The translations under genes and the position numbers were made by a program. From Isorropodon fossajaponicum endosymbiont JTNG4 (lineage in GTDB: Bacteria > Pseudomonadota > Gammaproteobacteria > PS1 > Pseudothioglobaceae), in contig NZ_AP013043.1 of NCBI RefSeq assembly GCF_016592615.1, positions 1,020,001 through 1,052,000 on the forward strand: a stretch of DNA of 32,000 nucleotides, in the 5' to 3' direction. Shown here in pieces: positions 29,746 to 32,000 of this stretch. The notes under the pieces are model-generated. The model saw only the letters and a program-made list of their open reading frames with translations. It searched no databases and had not been told where the DNA came from. Numbering within the stretch: position 1 is the stretch's first letter; every line of letters starts with the position of its first letter.

Positions 29746-30876
29746 ATGAAAAAAATTACCATTATTGGGTCGGGCTTTGCAGGATTAACAGCTGTTAGAA
29801 CTCTTAGAAAAAGCGACAAAAATGCACAAATCACTCTAATATCACCCAAAGCAGAACTGGTTTATATGCCAAGTTTAATCTGGGTGCCATCAGGTATAGC
29901 CAGTAAAAAAGACATTGTTATTCCGCTTGAGCGTTTTTTTAAGCGTATGAATATTCGCCATATTGCTAGCGAAGTTACAGGCTTGAAAAACCATGCTAGA
30001 ACCGTGATTACCTCAACAGGTGACTATGAAAATAATGCACTTATTATCGCCTCAGGTGGGCAGTTTCTTAAGAAGTTGCCTGGTATTGAGCATGCCATTA
30101 CGCCGTGTGAGGGGCTGAGTGCTGTTGAGCAGATACGTGATAGAATTCAGGCCATGGATAGTGGCAATATTGCCATTGGTTTTGCGAGCAATCCCAAGGA
30201 GCCAAGTGCCATGCGTGGTGGCCCAATGTTTGAGTTTTTGTTTGGCTTGGATACACAATTACGACAAGAAGGTCGGCGCGATAAATTTAATCTGACTTTT
30301 TTTACCCCTGCAAAAAAACCAGGTGCTCGCTTAGGTGAAAAGGCAGTTAAGGGTTTATTAAGTGAAATGAAAAAGCGCAATATTAACACGCACCTTGGGC
30401 ATAAGATGAAAGCTTTTGAAGATGATAAAGTCATTACTGAAGGTGGTGAGTTTGCCACGGATTTGATTTTGTTTATGCCAGGCATGACAGGAAATCAGTG
30501 GTTTGATAACACTGAACTTGAGCGTAGTGAAGGCGGTTTACTTAAAGCGGATAAGCTTTGTCAAGTTCAGGGTGCTGAGAGAGTGTTTGTGGCAGGTGAC
30601 TCTGGCTCTTTCTCAGGGCCAGAATGGATGCCAAAGCAAGCACATATGGCAGATTTACAAGCTGCTGCTGCTGCTAAAAATGTGCTAGATGTTCTGGATA
30701 ATAAGCCTGCCAGCCATACTTTTAAGATTGAATTGATGTGTATTGTTGATTCAAATAATAAAGGTATGTACATATCACGCACACTCAAAGGCGGATTAAT
30801 GCTACCAAATTGTCGTTTGATGCATTATGCCAAGCAGGTTTTTGGTTGGTGGTATTTGCGCCAATATAGAAGCTAA
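29746..30876 (+). CDS. FAD-dependent pyridine nucleotide-disulfide oxidoreductase, sulfide:quinone oxidoreductase-like (ATG 29746)
   Basis: Starts 'MKKITIIGSGFAGLTAV' (Rossmann GxGxxG). A second dinucleotide motif is 'RVFVAGDSG'. It looks collinear with type I SQR as I recall it. The track start at 29665 overlaps the upstream ORF and precedes the Rossmann fold, so I reject it. Confidence 0.7.
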   Translation: MKKITIIGSGFAGLTAVRTLRKSDKNAQITLISPKAELVYMPSLIWVPSGIASKKDIVIPLERFFKRMNIRHIASEVTGLKNHARTVITSTGDYENNALIIASGGQFLKKLPGIEHAITPCEGLSAVEQIRDRIQAMDSGNIAIGFASNPKEPSAMRGGPMFEFLFGLDTQLRQEGRRDKFNLTFFTPAKKPGARLGEKAVKGLLSEMKKRNINTHLGHKMKAFEDDKVITEGGEFATDLILFMPGMTGNQWFDNTELERSEGGLLKADKLCQVQGAERVFVAGDSGSFSGPEWMPKQAHMADLQAAAAAKNVLDVLDNKPASHTFKIELMCIVDSNNKGMYISRTLKGGLMLPNCRLMHYAKQVFGWWYLRQYRS

Positions 30877-31847
30877 ACTGTTTGATAGTAAATGTTTTGT
30901 GGATGATTTGCTTGTGCAAAAAAGAACCAACGTTCAGCGATGAGACCGATGTATTGGCTGATTGCGCAGATGAAAAGCAATTCATAGTCATCATTAATCA
31001 TTGCACTGCTTAGTAGGAATAACGGCACAGCAAAAACCATCAATATAAAAATCCATTTGATGCTTTTTAGGAAAATAGCGCTTTTGCCGTGAAAATACTC
31101 GCGTGTATTATACGAGCCACCCATAACGCCCATTGACATTTGTTTAATTTTATCATGACACACACCAATGGCACTTTACAGGGTTGATTTTGGTTTGAGT
31201 TTTGCGTTTCTAACTAGGGAGATAAGACGCATAATAGCAGCAAGTAGGGTAAATATAATTGCCCAGCCTACGAATAATTTAACCAGATTTTCAGCTTGAT
31301 AATGGGCAAAGACAGCAGCAATAGAAAATCCAGAAGCCATGCCGAATAAGGTATAGTTAATCACGGTGAGTGGCGACGCCCATTCTTGAATAAATTTAAT
31401 GCAAGCATAAATCATACCTGTGCAGACAAATAAAACCAGCGATAGTAAGACGCCTATACTGCCCACAACAAGGTTGAGCGTGATTAAAATTTTGTCGTTA
31501 ATACCAAATAGCACAGTGTCAATATTTAGATAGTGAATGAGTCCATAAACAAAGATGACACCCATCACACTTGGCAGTGCGATAACTTCTCTGGAAAGCC
31601 AAGAAGTTCGCCACATGGCAGCACTACGCCAAGCTCGCTCAGGATGACCTAGATGGAAAATTGATGCTATCAGTCCTAATAATAAACCCAGTGCAATCAA
31701 TGCACCTAGACCATAAAATTGGATTGGATCATTAATGGGGACAATTTCAACGACTGAATAGGTTTGTGCGGTCATGAGTGCCATGAACAGCCCTTGTCCA
31801 GCGCCAATAAGTGTTGTTAGAAAAATAACTGAAAATGCTGGGTGCAT
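30873..31847 (-). pseudogene. DmsC/NrfD-like membrane anchor subunit of a molybdopterin oxidoreductase (possibly SoeC-like), interrupted by one in-frame TAA
   Basis: ORFs 31176-31847 (six predicted TM segments, 'HLGHPERAWRSAAMWRTSWLSREV') and 30873-31163 (two TM segments, 'ERWFFFAQANH') are in the same frame (31178-31163 = 15 nt). They are separated only by TAA at 31176-31178. Together they give 8 TM segments and about 324 codons, as expected for the DmsC family. Confidence 0.6.
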
Positions 31848-31856
31848 AAAATCTCC

Positions 31857-32000
31857 TTACCAACTGGTGACATCATCAAGTGATGGTGCGTTTTTATCAA
31901 TGTTAAAGTGTTCTTTTTTAAGTGGGTTGTCAGACCTTTCAAGCTTATCTTGGTGGCTGGTGAATTTTGATTTGCGTCGTGGTAAGTAATGATTGACTGG
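31857..32000 (-). CDS. 3' end of an upstream gene (47 codons visible); the position suggests a DmsB-type Fe-S subunit, but the residues are not diagnostic
   Basis: The hand-translated frame is open from the window edge: '...PVNHYLPRRKSKFTSHQDKLERSDNPLKKEHFNIDKNAPSLDDVTSW*'. The TAA at 31857-31859 lies 9 nt upstream of the anchor-gene ATG, and a GGAG sits between them. Confidence 0.35.
   Translation of the reverse strand, partial: PVNHYLPRRKSKFTSHQDKLERSDNPLKKEHFNIDKNAPSLDDVTSW

Noticed and set aside
31176-31178. The in-frame stop in the DmsC-like gene might be a recoding event (selenocysteine or programmed read-through).
   Set aside because: The codon is TAA, not TGA. I see no obvious downstream stem-loop, and membrane anchors of this family are not selenoproteins. 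A nonsense mutation, a split gene or a sequencing error is more parsimonious.

Overview
AT-rich chromosome segment (hand-counted lines give about 32-37% G+C), very compact, with gammaproteobacterial-type gene order. No database search was possible: all calls rest on motif recognition and hand translation. Roughly 1-26.5 kb is core housekeeping. It contains pdxA-rsmA-apaG-apaH, dapF, a DUF971 gene, rseP-bamA-lpxD-fabZ-lpxA, murJ, yggX, gmk and rpoH directly followed by groES-groEL. It continues with parE, queC, acpP-fabF, prlC, tRNA-Ser(GGA) and the divergent pair metG/apbC. Many neighbouring genes overlap by 1-17 nt, and two convergent pairs share overlapping stop codons. The only accessory-looking stretch is about 26.5-32.0 kb. 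It holds (i) a decayed inverse-autotransporter (intimin/invasin-type barrel) gene whose passenger is a FISUMP lectin-like domain, broken by four +1 frameshifts, with a 3' half on a ~54% G+C island. It also holds (ii) a RutE-like nitroreductase, and (iii) two small uncharacterised ORFs followed by an SQR-like flavoprotein that lacks the central redox cysteine. Finally, (iv) a DmsC/NrfD-type membrane anchor is split by one in-frame TAA, preceded by the 3' end of another gene. I found no integrase, transposase, CRISPR array, defence-type gene or other convincing novel multi-gene system. The most unusual signals are the mosaic pseudogene, an 11-bp tandem array of start-codon mini-ORFs immediately upstream of bamA, the split anchor gene and the atypical SQR-like protein. 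Pseudogenes, missing skp and lpxB, and tight packing suggest a streamlined genome, possibly a sulfur-oxidising symbiont or SUP05-like lineage. That lineage guess is low-confidence inference.
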